A stretch of 64,000 nt of DNA from Acidobacteriota bacterium (GTDB lineage Bacteria > Acidobacteriota > UBA890 > WLXD01), in contig CAXWPL010000004.1 in assembly GCA_963666215.2 (NCBI GenBank), positions 1,000,106 through 1,064,105 of the forward strand. Direction: 5' to 3'. Under the pieces are notes generated by a model. That model did no database searches. It was not told where the DNA came from and saw nothing but the letters and a program-made list of their open reading frames with translations. A program made the translations under genes and the position numbers. Positions 1-10,335 of the stretch are shown piece after piece (within the stretch, counting starts at the first letter, position 1; each line of letters begins with the position of its first letter).

Positions 1-336
1 GGACGTTTGATCTCGGGCGAGGCCGTCGCCGACGCCGCCACGGCGGTAGAAGCGCTCGGCGCCCAAGCCTTGCTGATCAACTGCACGCCGACGCATGGGT
101 TGCACCGAGCTCTGAGCCAGCTGGCGGCCGCTTCGGAGCTGCCGATTGGCGCCTACGGCAACGTGGGTCACAGCGAGGACGATCAGGGCTGGACGCTCAC
201 CGATGCGATCGGGCCGCAGAAGTACGCCGAGTACGCGGCACGGTGGCTTGATTTGGGCTCGCGCATCGTCGGCGGCTGCTGCGGCACGACGCCGGCCCAT
301 ACGGCGGCATTGAAGCGGTTGCTCAGCAGGGCCTGA
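1..336 (+). CDS. Homocysteine S-methyltransferase family protein, 3' part (runs off window start)
   Basis: INC motif and C-terminal IVGGCCGTTPAH Zn-binding motif. Confidence 0.85.
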   Translation, partial: GRLISGEAVADAATAVEALGAQALLINCTPTHGLHRALSQLAAASELPIGAYGNVGHSEDDQGWTLTDAIGPQKYAEYAARWLDLGSRIVGGCCGTTPAHTAALKRLLSRA

Positions 337-482
337 CGAACAGTCTCTCGCCAGTCATGGCGCTGCCCCCGGCTTTCACCACCGCGAGTTGCCGCCCTGT
401 TTCTGACTGTTGGGCGCTCGCCTCCGCGTTTCTGAAACGCCCCCCACGCCTACTCGCCTGGCGCTGACTCGGCCGGCGTCGG

Positions 483-1544
483 CTAGTCGGTGCCGCTCTC
501 GAAGCGAATCGCCAGCTCGACGTCTCGTTTCGAGCCCATGTACAACGGCACCCGCTGGTGCAGGTCGTTGGCTTCGATGTCGAGGATGCGGTGGGAGCCG
601 GTGGATGCCATGCCGCCTGCCTGCTCGATGACAAGCGCCATCGGGTTGGCCTCGTAGAGCAACCGCAGCTTGCCGTTGGGCGTGGTCTCGGTGGCTGGAT
701 ACATGAAGAGGCCGCCGTACAGAAGGGTTCGGTGAATGTCGGCCACCATCGAGCCAACGTAGCGCGACGAGTAGGTTTTGCCGTTCTCGTCGGGTGTTTG
801 CATGTGGTCGATAAGGCGGCGCGTGCTCGGGAAGAGCAGCTGCCGATAGCCCTCGTTGCACGAGTAGATCTTCCTGCCGGGTAGCGGGATCTGCACCGCT
901 GGCTCCGAGAGCAGGAACTCGCCAATGCCCGGGTCGAGCGTAAACGCGTGCACGCCCTTGCCGGTTGTGTAGACCAGCATCGTGCTCGAGCCGTAGGCCA
1001 CGTAGCCGGCTGCCAGCTGCTCGCTGCCCTTGCGTAGCAGGTCTTCCATTGTTCCCGCACCGCCGAAGTCGTTCTTCCTCTTGTAGACCGAGAAAATCGA
1101 CCCCACCGTGACGTTGACGTCGATGTTCGAAGAGCCGTCGAGCGGGTCGAACAGCAGCACGTAGTCGCCACACGTGAACTTCGGCGGAATCGGGATCGGC
1201 TCGTCATGCTCCTCCGACGCCATGATGCACAGCCTACCGCCGTGATCGAACGTCTTGATGAAGCAGTCGTCGGCGAACTCGTCGAGCTTCTGTACATATT
1301 CATCGTGGACATTCGTGTCGCCTGTTTCGCCCAGGATGTCGACCAGCCCGGCTTTGTTGACTTCCCGCGCAATCAGCTTCGCCGTCAGCGCGATGTCGTA
1401 CAGCACTTCCGAGAGCGGCCCGGTGGCCTCAGGCTGCACACCCTGTTGGTCGAGGATGAACCGCTCAATTGTCACGACCCGATTCGGGCGCATCACGATT
1501 GGTGCTTTGAAGGCAGAAACCGGCGGACGGAGAGGGTCGGACAT
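483..1544 (-). CDS. fbp: Fructose-1,6-bisphosphatase class 1
   Basis: Motifs ASEE, FDPLDGSSN, RYVGSMVADIHRTLLYGG, GKLRLLYEANPMA. Confidence 0.97.
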   Translation of the reverse strand: MSDPLRPPVSAFKAPIVMRPNRVVTIERFILDQQGVQPEATGPLSEVLYDIALTAKLIAREVNKAGLVDILGETGDTNVHDEYVQKLDEFADDCFIKTFDHGGRLCIMASEEHDEPIPIPPKFTCGDYVLLFDPLDGSSNIDVNVTVGSIFSVYKRKNDFGGAGTMEDLLRKGSEQLAAGYVAYGSSTMLVYTTGKGVHAFTLDPGIGEFLLSEPAVQIPLPGRKIYSCNEGYRQLLFPSTRRLIDHMQTPDENGKTYSSRYVGSMVADIHRTLLYGGLFMYPATETTPNGKLRLLYEANPMALVIEQAGGMASTGSHRILDIEANDLHQRVPLYMGSKRDVELAIRFESGTD

Positions 1545-1718
1545 GAGCGGGCCTCGGAAGCGCGATGTTGAGTGTCTTGAAACGCGATGGCGGAGTCGCA
1601 GCTGCGATTCTACGCGAGATTCCCAGGTCTGCGGCGGCTCAACCCGCTGAATTCAAAGCCCAGGCCGAACAAATAGGATGGGCTGCACTCGCGTACTACC
1701 GACACCCGGAGAGGCCTG

Positions 1719-2291
1719 ATGAATCGACCGAATCTGCACAAGTTCGCCGCGTTTGTCTCCGTTCCGATGCTGCTTGCCGCGCTCAGCGGTTGCGTCGGGC
1801 GCGCCATCAGCGAGACGGTGGGTGTTGTCCGCGGCGCCAGCGGTATCTACGTGCCAATTCAGCAGTTCAAGAAGTATCTCGACGACTACCCGCGCTTCAT
1901 CATCGGCGAGATCACCGACGACTTTGCTGGCCAGGTGCCGCAGGAATTCTGGCTCGAGCTGCCGCACGCCTTCGATCGCGAGCTCCGTGAGCGCAACATC
2001 CCGAATGGCACCAGCGGCAATCGGGCCATCATCCGCGGCCGCGTGATCCACCTCGAGACCAACGCTCTTTCCGGTGTCATACTCGGTGACTTCGAGGAGG
2101 TCGTGGCCCGCGTCGAGCTGTACGACCCGCAGACTCAGGAGGTCATCGGCACCGCCAACGTCATCGGGCGTAGCGACGACTCGGTGAACCGCGGGCTGCG
2201 CAAGAAAGCCGAGGGCATGGCGAAAGGGCTGGCGGAGTGGATCGACTCCTACTACCCGAACGATCGCAAGCCGGCCAAGACCGAGAGCTAG
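1719..2291 (+). CDS. Hypothetical lipoprotein (DUF4410-like)
   Basis: Signal peptide with lipobox LSGC; GC3-rich codon usage; GGAGAGG upstream. Confidence 0.7.
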   Translation: MNRPNLHKFAAFVSVPMLLAALSGCVGRAISETVGVVRGASGIYVPIQQFKKYLDDYPRFIIGEITDDFAGQVPQEFWLELPHAFDRELRERNIPNGTSGNRAIIRGRVIHLETNALSGVILGDFEEVVARVELYDPQTQEVIGTANVIGRSDDSVNRGLRKKAEGMAKGLAEWIDSYYPNDRKPAKTES

Positions 2292-2355
2292 GCTCGAGAC
2301 GCGCCGCCGATGCCTATCCGGTAACGAGGCACCGCCGTCGCATGCTGTCGGCAGA

Positions 2356-5082
2356 CTACTCCGAGCGCAGAGCCACCAGTGGATCGACTCTCGTGGCACG
2401 CCGGCCTGGAACGTAGCTGGCCATCGCCGTTACACCCAGCAACAGCACCGTCACGGCCACGTAGGCCAGCGGCTGGAACACATCGATGCCGCGTAACTGC
2501 GACGCGATGATGCGAGTTATTCCCGTGGCTGCCAGCAAGCCGAATGCCGCCCCGAGCACGCCGCGCGTCAGGCCGTAGCGCAGCACCAAGCCGTACACCT
2601 CGCGCCGGTGAGCCCCCAGGGCGACTCGGATGCCGATCTCGCGCGTACGTTGCGACACCGCGTAGGACACCACGCCGTAGAGCCCGAAAGCGGCCAATAA
2701 CAGCGTCAAGCTGGCCAGACCACCCACAACGAGCACGACCAGGCGTATTCCACGCGTCGATTGTCCGAGGGCATCGGTCATCGTGCGGACGTTGTAGGCG
2801 GGTTGGTCGGGGTCGAGCCGCATGATCTCGCCGCGGATGGCGGGGGCCAGCTCGCCCGGATCGATGGCGCTGCGGACCACTACCGACACGCCGCTGAAGG
2901 GCGTGTCGCGGTACGGCACGTAGATGCGCGGTGGCGCGTCCGGATCGAGCGGGCTCACACCGAGGCTGGCGACGACTCCGATTACCCGGCGCGCGTTGTC
3001 CTCGTCGGACCAAACACGAACCAGCTCGTTGGTTGGCCGCGCGTCGCCGAAGAAGCTGCGCGCCAGAGCTTCGTCGACGATGGCCACGGGCTCGCCGTTG
3101 GCCGCGACAGGAAAGTCGCGGCCGCTGGAGATGGGTGTGCCAAGAGTCTCGAAGAAGCCCGTACTGACGCTGACGTACTCCACCCACCGTGCGTCTTCGA
3201 TCGCAGGGTCGGGCTCGCCGTCGCGTACCAAACCGCGCTGCAGCCGTGCACCGGCTCCGGGCAACGTCGTTCCGATCGCCGCGCTCTCGACTCCAGGAAG
3301 CGCTCGTATGGTCGCCAGCAGCTCGTCGACGAATCGTACGCGCTGCTCGGCGGGGTAGCGCTCTCCAGCCAGGTCGATCTGCATGGCCAGCAGGTGGTCG
3401 GGGTTGAACCCCTGGTCGGTCGTGAATGCACGCAGCGCCAGGCTCAGCAGTACGCCTGCGACCACCAGTAGAACCGTTGCCGCGGCCATTTGAGCTACCA
3501 CCAGTGCGCTTCGTAGTCGCTGCCGCCTACCCGCCCCGGTTGCGCCGCTGCCTCCATCCTTGAGAGCTTCGTGGGGCCGAGCGCGTGACGCCTGCAACGC
3601 CGGCGCCAAGCCGAACACCACTCCGGTGACCGCGGAAATGCCGATAGTGAACAGTAAGACGTCGGCGTTCAGGGCGATGTCGTCGACGTTGACCACCGCG
3701 GCGGGCACGATCGCGCGCAGGAGACCGATTCCCAGGTAGGCGACAACCAGGCTCACGGCTGCTCCCGCTCCGGCCAACAGGAAGCTCTCGGTGAGCAGCT
3801 GGCGGACGATGCGCCGGCTATCGGCTCCAAGAGCGAAGCGCAGCGCGATCTCGCGGGCGCGATACGCCGCGCGCGCCAGCAACAGGCTCATGACATTGGC
3901 GCAGGCAACCAGCAACACCAACCCGACGATCGACATCAGGATCATCAGCGGCACGCGTGCCTCGCCGATCAGCCAGGCGCGCAGCGGTTCGACGTGAAAG
4001 CCCCAACCGCGGTTGGTCTCGGGGTATTCGGCTTCGAGGCGCGCCGCTATGCCAGCGGCCTCGACGCGCGCCAGCTCGAGTGTGGCGCCCGCGCGCAGGC
4101 GCGCCACGCTGCCCAGAAACATGTTGCTGCGGACGATGTATTCGGCGTCGATGGGGAGCGGCAGCAGGATATCGGCCTCGAGCTCCGTTGGCAGCGAGTC
4201 GACCACACCGACAACCGTGTGCTCGCGGCCGTTGACGCGGATCTCACGCCCGACGATGTTGGCGTCGGCGGCGAAGCGTTGCCGCCAGAAGCCGGCCGTC
4301 AGCAGCATCTCCGGCGGCGCGTCCACCGACTCGGCGCTGGCGTCGAAAGCGCGGCCGAGGTGCACCTTGGTTCGCAGAGCCTCGAGCAAGCCCGCGGTTA
4401 CCATCGCCGCCGGCACTCGCTCAGGGAGCTCACCCGCGACGATGTTGCGGTTGATCGGCGTCGACATCCCCCAGCTCTCGAACAGCCCCGACTGCTCGGC
4501 CAGGTCGAGCATGTTCGGGTACGACACGTTTGAAGAGTCGAAGCCACGAGCGGGGTTCATCTGCTGCACGTAGAGCACGCGTTCGGGCTCTTCGATCGGC
4601 ACGGGTGTGAGCAGCATGGCGTTGATCACCGCAAACATGGCGCTGTTGGCGCCGATCCCCAGGCCGAGGATGATGGCGATCGTGGCGGTGAAGCTCGGCC
4701 TCTGAGTCAGCATGCGGAGGGCGTAGCGCACATCCTGTCCGAGGCGATCGATAAACGATCCGTGTTCCGTGGGCGGCCGTCCGGGCATGGGAGGCAGATG
4801 GCCCTCACCGCGCAATCGGGCCGCCAGGCCGTGCCGGACCGAGTCCTTGGCGAAAAAGGCAGTGCTGCGCAGGCTGCCGAACCCTCTGGCCGCTGCGACG
4901 TCCGATTGCGTTTCTATAAGGCTGCGCCCGTGACGCTCGCGGAGGTGATGGGGGAACGCCAGCAGAAGAGAGCGGCGAATTCGGCCTACATCGACAACAT
5001 CGACAACATCGAGGACATCGCGACTCTCGGTACGCGAGCTCCCTCCTCCCGGGTACGGCCGCGGCGGCTCGCGATGTCTCAC
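2356..5082 (-). CDS. ADOP-type duplicated MacB/FtsX ABC permease
   Basis: QDVRYALRML...LGLGIGANSAMFAV, LLVACANV, REIALRFALGA, REIGIRVALGA, RRATRVDPLVALRSE; start overlaps PadR stop. Confidence 0.93.
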   Translation of the reverse strand: MRHREPPRPYPGGGSSRTESRDVLDVVDVVDVGRIRRSLLLAFPHHLRERHGRSLIETQSDVAAARGFGSLRSTAFFAKDSVRHGLAARLRGEGHLPPMPGRPPTEHGSFIDRLGQDVRYALRMLTQRPSFTATIAIILGLGIGANSAMFAVINAMLLTPVPIEEPERVLYVQQMNPARGFDSSNVSYPNMLDLAEQSGLFESWGMSTPINRNIVAGELPERVPAAMVTAGLLEALRTKVHLGRAFDASAESVDAPPEMLLTAGFWRQRFAADANIVGREIRVNGREHTVVGVVDSLPTELEADILLPLPIDAEYIVRSNMFLGSVARLRAGATLELARVEAAGIAARLEAEYPETNRGWGFHVEPLRAWLIGEARVPLMILMSIVGLVLLVACANVMSLLLARAAYRAREIALRFALGADSRRIVRQLLTESFLLAGAGAAVSLVVAYLGIGLLRAIVPAAVVNVDDIALNADVLLFTIGISAVTGVVFGLAPALQASRARPHEALKDGGSGATGAGRRQRLRSALVVAQMAAATVLLVVAGVLLSLALRAFTTDQGFNPDHLLAMQIDLAGERYPAEQRVRFVDELLATIRALPGVESAAIGTTLPGAGARLQRGLVRDGEPDPAIEDARWVEYVSVSTGFFETLGTPISSGRDFPVAANGEPVAIVDEALARSFFGDARPTNELVRVWSDEDNARRVIGVVASLGVSPLDPDAPPRIYVPYRDTPFSGVSVVVRSAIDPGELAPAIRGEIMRLDPDQPAYNVRTMTDALGQSTRGIRLVVLVVGGLASLTLLLAAFGLYGVVSYAVSQRTREIGIRVALGAHRREVYGLVLRYGLTRGVLGAAFGLLAATGITRIIASQLRGIDVFQPLAYVAVTVLLLGVTAMASYVPGRRATRVDPLVALRSE

Positions 5083-5483
5083 GCGCTGTCCTTGGCGGGC
5101 GGAGCCGCAGCGCTCGGTGCCTGCGCGGCAATGTCGCGCAGCAGCGAGGCCTCGGCCGCCAGCACGCGACGTCCCGCGTTGGTGATGCTGTAGTAGCGCC
5201 GCCGCTCGTCACTCGCAGTATCGGCGGCACGCCGCTCGGCCTCAACCAGAAGTCCGCGTTCGAGCATGCGATCGAGCACGCGGTACAGGTTCCCGGGCGC
5301 CACCTGCACGCGCCCATGCGTGCGTTCCTCGATCTGCTGGACGATGCCGTAGCCGTGCGACTCGTCGTTGTTCAGCACGACGAGGACGAGAAACTCGATG
5401 CGTCTCAAAGGACTCTCCCGTTGCGGAGCGGTTGGAGGTGCCAAGTGAACTCTGCTCCGAGCGAGCATACTCATAACGAGCAC
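5079..5483 (-). CDS. PadR family transcriptional regulator (true start probably further downstream)
   Basis: HGYGIVQQI, PGNLYRVLDRM, RRRYYSITNAGR winged-helix motifs. Confidence 0.9.
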   Translation of the reverse strand: MLVMSMLARSRVHLAPPTAPQRESPLRRIEFLVLVVLNNDESHGYGIVQQIEERTHGRVQVAPGNLYRVLDRMLERGLLVEAERRAADTASDERRRYYSITNAGRRVLAAEASLLRDIAAQAPSAAAPPAKDSA

Positions 5484-5521
5484 ATTGCCGCAAGGACAAC
5501 GAGTATTAGAGTGGCCCCACC

Positions 5522-6121
5522 ATGTCGCGCATCCATGGAGTCATCGAAGGTGGGTCGCTGCTGGCACGGATCGCGTTTCGTGCCTGTCGCAAGAAGATCG
5601 GCCGCGTCGTACGACCCGTCCGCGTGCACGCCCTCTACAATCGGCTGTTGTTCGGCTACGGCCAGATGGAGATGGCGCAGGAAAAGGCGACCACGGTACC
5701 CGTTGCCCTCAAATCCCTGGCGCAACTGAGGGTTGCCACACGAATCGGGTGTCCGTTTTGAATCGACATCGGTTCTGCCGTGGGCAGACAACAAGGCCTG
5801 ACGGACCAGCAGCTCCGGGATCTTCCCGACTATGAGAGCTCGTCCGCCTTCTCCGACGTCGAGCGCGCCGTGCTGCGTTATGCCGACGCCATGTCGGACA
5901 CACCGGTGGATGTTGCCGACGAGGTGTTCGCCGGCGTCCGCCAGCACCTCGAGGAGGTGCAGATCGTCGAGCTGACGTCGGCGATTGCCTGGGAGCACTA
6001 CCGAGCGCGCTTCGATCACGCGCTGGGTATCGAGTCGGAAGGCTTCTCGGAGGGCGCCTTCTGTGCCCTATCTGCCGCGGCCGCGGCCGCTGACGCAGAC
6101 GGCTCGGGGGACGCTTCATGA
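5522..6121 (+). CDS. AhpD/carboxymuconolactone decarboxylase-like selenoprotein (CxxU; in-frame TGA 5759-5761 read as Sec)
   Basis: ORFs 5522-5761 and 5780-6121 are in one frame separated by a single TGA, reading RIGCPF*IDIGSAVGR; hairpin immediately downstream. Confidence 0.85.
5771..5789 (+). promoter_or_regulatory. Candidate bacterial SECIS element
   Basis: TCTGCC (5774-5779) pairs with GGCAGA (5783-5788), loop GTG, bulged T5773, G5772-C5789; stem starts about 11 nt after the TGA. Confidence 0.7.
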
Positions 6122-6786
6122 CGTCGGATTCTTCGGGCTCCAGGATCGAGCTCGACGGCGCAACGTATGCGCCGCGACGCATTTTTTGTATCGGCCGCAA
6201 CTACGCCGACCACGCCGCCGAGCTTGGCAATCGAGTGCCCGAGTCGCCGGTGATCTTCATGAAACCGGTGAGTTGCCTGGTGCCGGCGGGCAGGACGATC
6301 CGCCGCCCGACCCATGGCTCCGACCTGCACTTCGAGGCCGAGCTCGTTCTCTTGATCGGCGGCGATCCAGGATCCGAACAGACGCCGGCGAGCGGAGCGG
6401 CCACGATTGTCGGCGTTGCTCTGGGTCTCGACCTGACGCTGCGCGACCTGCAGTCGAGCTTCAAGGACCGCGGGCTGCCTTGGGAGCTGGCGAAGGCGTT
6501 CGACGGCAGCGCACCGATTGGCGACTTCGTGGCGGCCTCGGCGGTGGACTTGGCCAGCCTCGAGTTCACCTGCAGCGTCAACGGCAGCGTCCGCCAGCGC
6601 GGCAACACGGCCGACATGATTTTCCCGCCGAGCGCGCTGATGGCCGCGATCTCTCGCGCCTGGACCCTACTTCCGGGCGATCTTATCTATACGGGGACTC
6701 CGGCCGGCGTGGGCGGTCTGGATGCCGGCGACCGTGTGGTCGTGGAGGCCGAAGAAATCGGGTCGTTTGCTTGGAATATTGGCTAG
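6118..6786 (+). CDS. Fumarylacetoacetate hydrolase family protein
   Basis: IFCIGRNYADHAAE, IFMKP, HFEAEL, DLTLRDLQ, AKAFDGS, PGDLIYTGTPAGVG; ATGA overlap with upstream gene. Confidence 0.95.
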   Translation: MTSDSSGSRIELDGATYAPRRIFCIGRNYADHAAELGNRVPESPVIFMKPVSCLVPAGRTIRRPTHGSDLHFEAELVLLIGGDPGSEQTPASGAATIVGVALGLDLTLRDLQSSFKDRGLPWELAKAFDGSAPIGDFVAASAVDLASLEFTCSVNGSVRQRGNTADMIFPPSALMAAISRAWTLLPGDLIYTGTPAGVGGLDAGDRVVVEAEEIGSFAWNIG

Positions 6787-6892
6787 CGCTGAGGGTTCGC
6801 GCGGAAGGCAGGCCCACCCGGAACACCAGTTCGCGCAAAAGACAGGCTCACGCCGAACACCGGCTCGCGAATGCTCGGATCAGGCGCGCCGC

Positions 6893-7144
6893 CTAGACCG
6901 AACCTTCCGTGCGGGCGAACAGCGAGTCTTTCTCGCCGTTGAAGCGCCAGCCGCCTTTGAAGCCGATGGGCTTGCGGTAGATGATCCGCACCGCACTCGA
7001 GTTGATCACGCAAGTCTCGGGCTCGCCTTCGTACGTCTTGGCGCCGCGCGGGATGTACTCGATGAACTTGCCCTCGCACGCGTAGCGCGCGTCGTCCGCC
7101 TCGACCACGGTGTCGTCGGTGAGCTCAATCAAGTAGCGGGCCAT
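6893..7144 (-). CDS. Small hypothetical protein
   Basis: 83-aa ORF with GAGGA ribosome binding site and GC3-rich codons. Confidence 0.6.
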   Translation of the reverse strand: MARYLIELTDDTVVEADDARYACEGKFIEYIPRGAKTYEGEPETCVINSSAVRIIYRKPIGFKGGWRFNGEKDSLFARTEGSV

Positions 7145-7186
7145 TGTCGCCTTTCCTCGAACGCCGTCGACGTCTTGTTGCCGTGC

Positions 7187-9850
7187 TCACTCGTCTCGCA
7201 AGGCGTGCGCCGGATCCACGCGGGTGGCACGCAGCGTGGGTCCCGCCGCGGCGAGCAGTCCGATCAACATCAGCGACAGCGCGGTAGCGCCAAGAGTCAG
7301 CGGGTCGCGACCCGACACGTTGAGGAGCAGCGACCGCAGCAAGCCCTCGGTGGCGAGCATCAACAGCATACCCAGGCCGATGCCGATGAGCGCTAGCTTG
7401 GCGGCCTCGCCGCCAAAGAGCCCCACCACGCTGGAGCGCTGAGCCCCGAGCGCCATCCGTATTCCCACCTCGCGGGAACGGCTCGAGGCCACGAACGATA
7501 CGGTGCCGTAGAGGCCGATCGCCGCGAGGGCGAGCGCCAGCGCACCGCTGATTCCCACCAGCCGGCCCATCAGCACCGTGTCGGCCAGCGACCGACCTAT
7601 GCGCTCGCGCAGCGTGCCGGTGGAGAAAATGCCGAGCTCCGGGTCGAGGTCGGCAACCAGGTCGCGCAGCGGCGCGCTCAGGGTGTTGACGTCGCCTTGG
7701 GCGCGCACGAACAGGCTCGAGCCCCCCGCGTATGTTTGCGACCGCGGCACATACATCGAGGGCCGCGGACTCTCGCGCAGGGAGCGGTTCTGCACGTCGG
7801 CGACGATGCCGATGACTCGCAGCGATTCTGAGAGATCCGACTCTGGGTCGAGCGCCAGCAATCGGTCGATGGCGCGCTCACCAGGCCAGAGAAGCTCCGC
7901 GGCGGATCGTGAGAGGAGTACGACTGGCGCCATGTCCGCGCCACTATTGGCCGGAGCAAAGCCCTCACCCTCGAGAATCGACATCCCGAGCGCTTCGAAG
8001 TAGCCGGCATCCACTGTGGCCGTGTCGACTTGGGTGAACGGTTGGGACATTTGCGGGCGCGGCGTTGGCCACGGAACCGAGCGTCGCGACCAACCGGTGA
8101 AGGGGACGCCCGAGCCGATGCCGGCGGCGTCGACACCCGGGAGAGCGGCCGCGCGTTGCGCCAGCTCGTCCAGGAACAAGCCGCCGCGAACCGGGTCGTA
8201 ACCAGCTCGATCGAGGTTCAGCGACACCGTCATGACGTTGGCCGTATTGAACCCTGGGTCTGCGTTCTGGGCCTGCATCGTGCTCCGCAGCAGCAAGCCG
8301 GTTGCGGCGAGAAGCGCGAACGACAGCGCGAGCTGACCCACTACCAGCCCGCTGCGCGTGAATCCAGCGCGACGTCCAGCGAGCGGCGAACCGTCTTTGA
8401 GCGTGTCGACGATGTCGTCGCGCGAGGCACGCAGCGCCGGCGCCAGGCCGAACACGACGCCCGCCACAACGCTCAATGCCATCGCGAAGGCGAAGACCCG
8501 CAGGTCGGGTCGGAAGTCGTAGCCTACGGCCATGGGCAGCAACGCCGGTATGGCTCCCGTGGTCCAGATGGTGAGCAGAGCCGCCACCACGCCTCCGGCG
8601 CAGGCAATCAAAACGCTCTCGGTCAGCACCTGGCGGACGATGCGAAGCTTGCCGGCGCCGAGCGCCGAGCGCACCGCAAGCTCCTGGGAGCGCGACATGC
8701 CGCGCGCCAACAGCATGCTCGCCAGGTTGGCGCATGCGACCACCAGAACCGCCACGACGACAAGCTGCAACAAGAACAAGATCTGCGCCACCGCGCTACG
8801 CTCAGCGGGCCGCATTCCAACCTTGAAGTCAACGCCCAGCGAGTGGTTGGCGCGCTCGCCCCAGGCATCGAAGTAGGCCGACTGGTAGATCGCGTCGAGC
8901 TCGGCGCGCAGCGCCTCCGGCGCTACATCGGGGAAACGTCGCGCCACCACCCACAGCCAGCTGAAGCCGGGCTCGTTGAACTCGGCATAGTCCGGACCGA
9001 GCACCAGGCCAGCCAGCCCTAGCGGTACAAAAACGTCGCTCGCGGCGTGCAGCACGTCGGTGCCGCGGAAGCCGGGCTCGGCGATGCCGACAATCTGGTA
9101 GTCGGAGCCGTTGATGCGCAGGTTGCTGCCGAGCGTGTCGGCCGACCGCCCGAAGCGCTGTGTCCATAGCTGATCGCTAATCACCACCACATGCTCCGGC
9201 GCGCGGGTGGCGTCGGTCCCGGCGAAGTCGCGGCCCTGCGCCATCTTCGTGCCGAGGACAGTGAAGAAGTCCTCGGTTACCAGTTGGCCATTGACCACCT
9301 CGACCGCGTCGCTCTTGCCGAGCACCATCGAACGGCCTGCAAAAGCGGCCACACTTTGCAGGCTCTGCGCGGACTCACGTAGGTCCCAGTAGTGGGGAAA
9401 CGAGAGGTTGTCGAAGCCCTCTTCGTCGCGGTCGCGGCCGATTTGCACCACCAGGTCGGGTTCGCCGATGCCGTCCGGAGCGTGCCACAACGTCGCGTTG
9501 GCCATGCTGAAGATGGTCGTGTTGACGCCGATGCCGAGAGCCATCGTCAGCACGGCGAGCAGCGTGAAACCGGGAGTCCGGGCGAGCGCCCGGGCGGCAA
9601 AGCGAACGTCTTGTAGCAGAACACTCATGGTCCATTCCTTACGTTCCCAAAGCCCGTGCGACACGGCGCCGAAGCTGAGTGCGAGGGGAGAGGGGGCGTT
9701 GTGCGACGTGTGATCGTCGGAGTGGTGCTGCAGCTGCCACAGCTCCGCCTGCCAGCCTTCGAGCCAGCGCGAGCGTTCGCTTGCCGGCACCAGCAGGCTC
9801 GACACGCGGAGCAGCCCGACAGCCAGTGCCAAACGGAGAGAGGTCACCAT
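7187..9850 (-). CDS. ADOP-type duplicated MacB/FtsX ABC permease
   Basis: [47 protein letters not shown]; ATG at 9850 directly after PadR stop. Confidence 0.92.
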   Translation of the reverse strand: MVTSLRLALAVGLLRVSSLLVPASERSRWLEGWQAELWQLQHHSDDHTSHNAPSPLALSFGAVSHGLWERKEWTMSVLLQDVRFAARALARTPGFTLLAVLTMALGIGVNTTIFSMANATLWHAPDGIGEPDLVVQIGRDRDEEGFDNLSFPHYWDLRESAQSLQSVAAFAGRSMVLGKSDAVEVVNGQLVTEDFFTVLGTKMAQGRDFAGTDATRAPEHVVVISDQLWTQRFGRSADTLGSNLRINGSDYQIVGIAEPGFRGTDVLHAASDVFVPLGLAGLVLGPDYAEFNEPGFSWLWVVARRFPDVAPEALRAELDAIYQSAYFDAWGERANHSLGVDFKVGMRPAERSAVAQILFLLQLVVVAVLVVACANLASMLLARGMSRSQELAVRSALGAGKLRIVRQVLTESVLIACAGGVVAALLTIWTTGAIPALLPMAVGYDFRPDLRVFAFAMALSVVAGVVFGLAPALRASRDDIVDTLKDGSPLAGRRAGFTRSGLVVGQLALSFALLAATGLLLRSTMQAQNADPGFNTANVMTVSLNLDRAGYDPVRGGLFLDELAQRAAALPGVDAAGIGSGVPFTGWSRRSVPWPTPRPQMSQPFTQVDTATVDAGYFEALGMSILEGEGFAPANSGADMAPVVLLSRSAAELLWPGERAIDRLLALDPESDLSESLRVIGIVADVQNRSLRESPRPSMYVPRSQTYAGGSSLFVRAQGDVNTLSAPLRDLVADLDPELGIFSTGTLRERIGRSLADTVLMGRLVGISGALALALAAIGLYGTVSFVASSRSREVGIRMALGAQRSSVVGLFGGEAAKLALIGIGLGMLLMLATEGLLRSLLLNVSGRDPLTLGATALSLMLIGLLAAAGPTLRATRVDPAHALRDE

Positions 9851-9852
9851 CG

Positions 9853-10188
9853 CTAGCTCCGTGCAACCGGAGCAGATCGCGAGGCTTCCGAGATTGCCTC
9901 GCCACTGGCCAGCGCGCCGAACTCGTCGAGCGCCGCATGCAGCGCCTCGCGCCCGGCGCGCGTGAGGTCGTAGTAGCGCCGCCGCGGTCTTCCGTCGGCG
10001 TCGGCCACACGCTGCTTCTCCCATGCCGTCGTCACGAAGCCGCGCTTCTGCAGACGTCCGAGAGTTACGTACACCGTCCCCGTGGCCAGTCCAGTGTGCT
10101 CGATGATGTCGAGTCCGTAGCGGTGCTCGGCGTCGACCGCCTTGAGGATCGCTACCGTGGCAAAGCCCAGCCGTCGGTTTCGATGCAT
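9853..10188 (-). CDS. PadR family transcriptional regulator
   Basis: [30 protein letters not shown]. Confidence 0.9.
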   Translation of the reverse strand: MHRNRRLGFATVAILKAVDAEHRYGLDIIEHTGLATGTVYVTLGRLQKRGFVTTAWEKQRVADADGRPRRRYYDLTRAGREALHAALDEFGALASGEAISEASRSAPVARS

Positions 10189-10235
10189 GCGGTGCTCCCT
10201 GACTCAGGTGGATACTCGGCTGGATACTCAGCCTG

Positions 10236-10280
10236 GTTAATTCTGGTTATTATTGATAGATACCTTACATTAATAACTAA
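10236..10280. promoter_or_regulatory. AT-rich promoter/operator region of the PadR-ADOP operon
   Basis: Sharp AT island with inverted GTTATTA...TAATAAC arms upstream of padR. Confidence 0.4.
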
Positions 10281-10335
10281 GCCGACGGCAACTCGGAGTG
10301 AGCTCGGCACCGGGAGTTGCCAGGTCGGGACCGCG

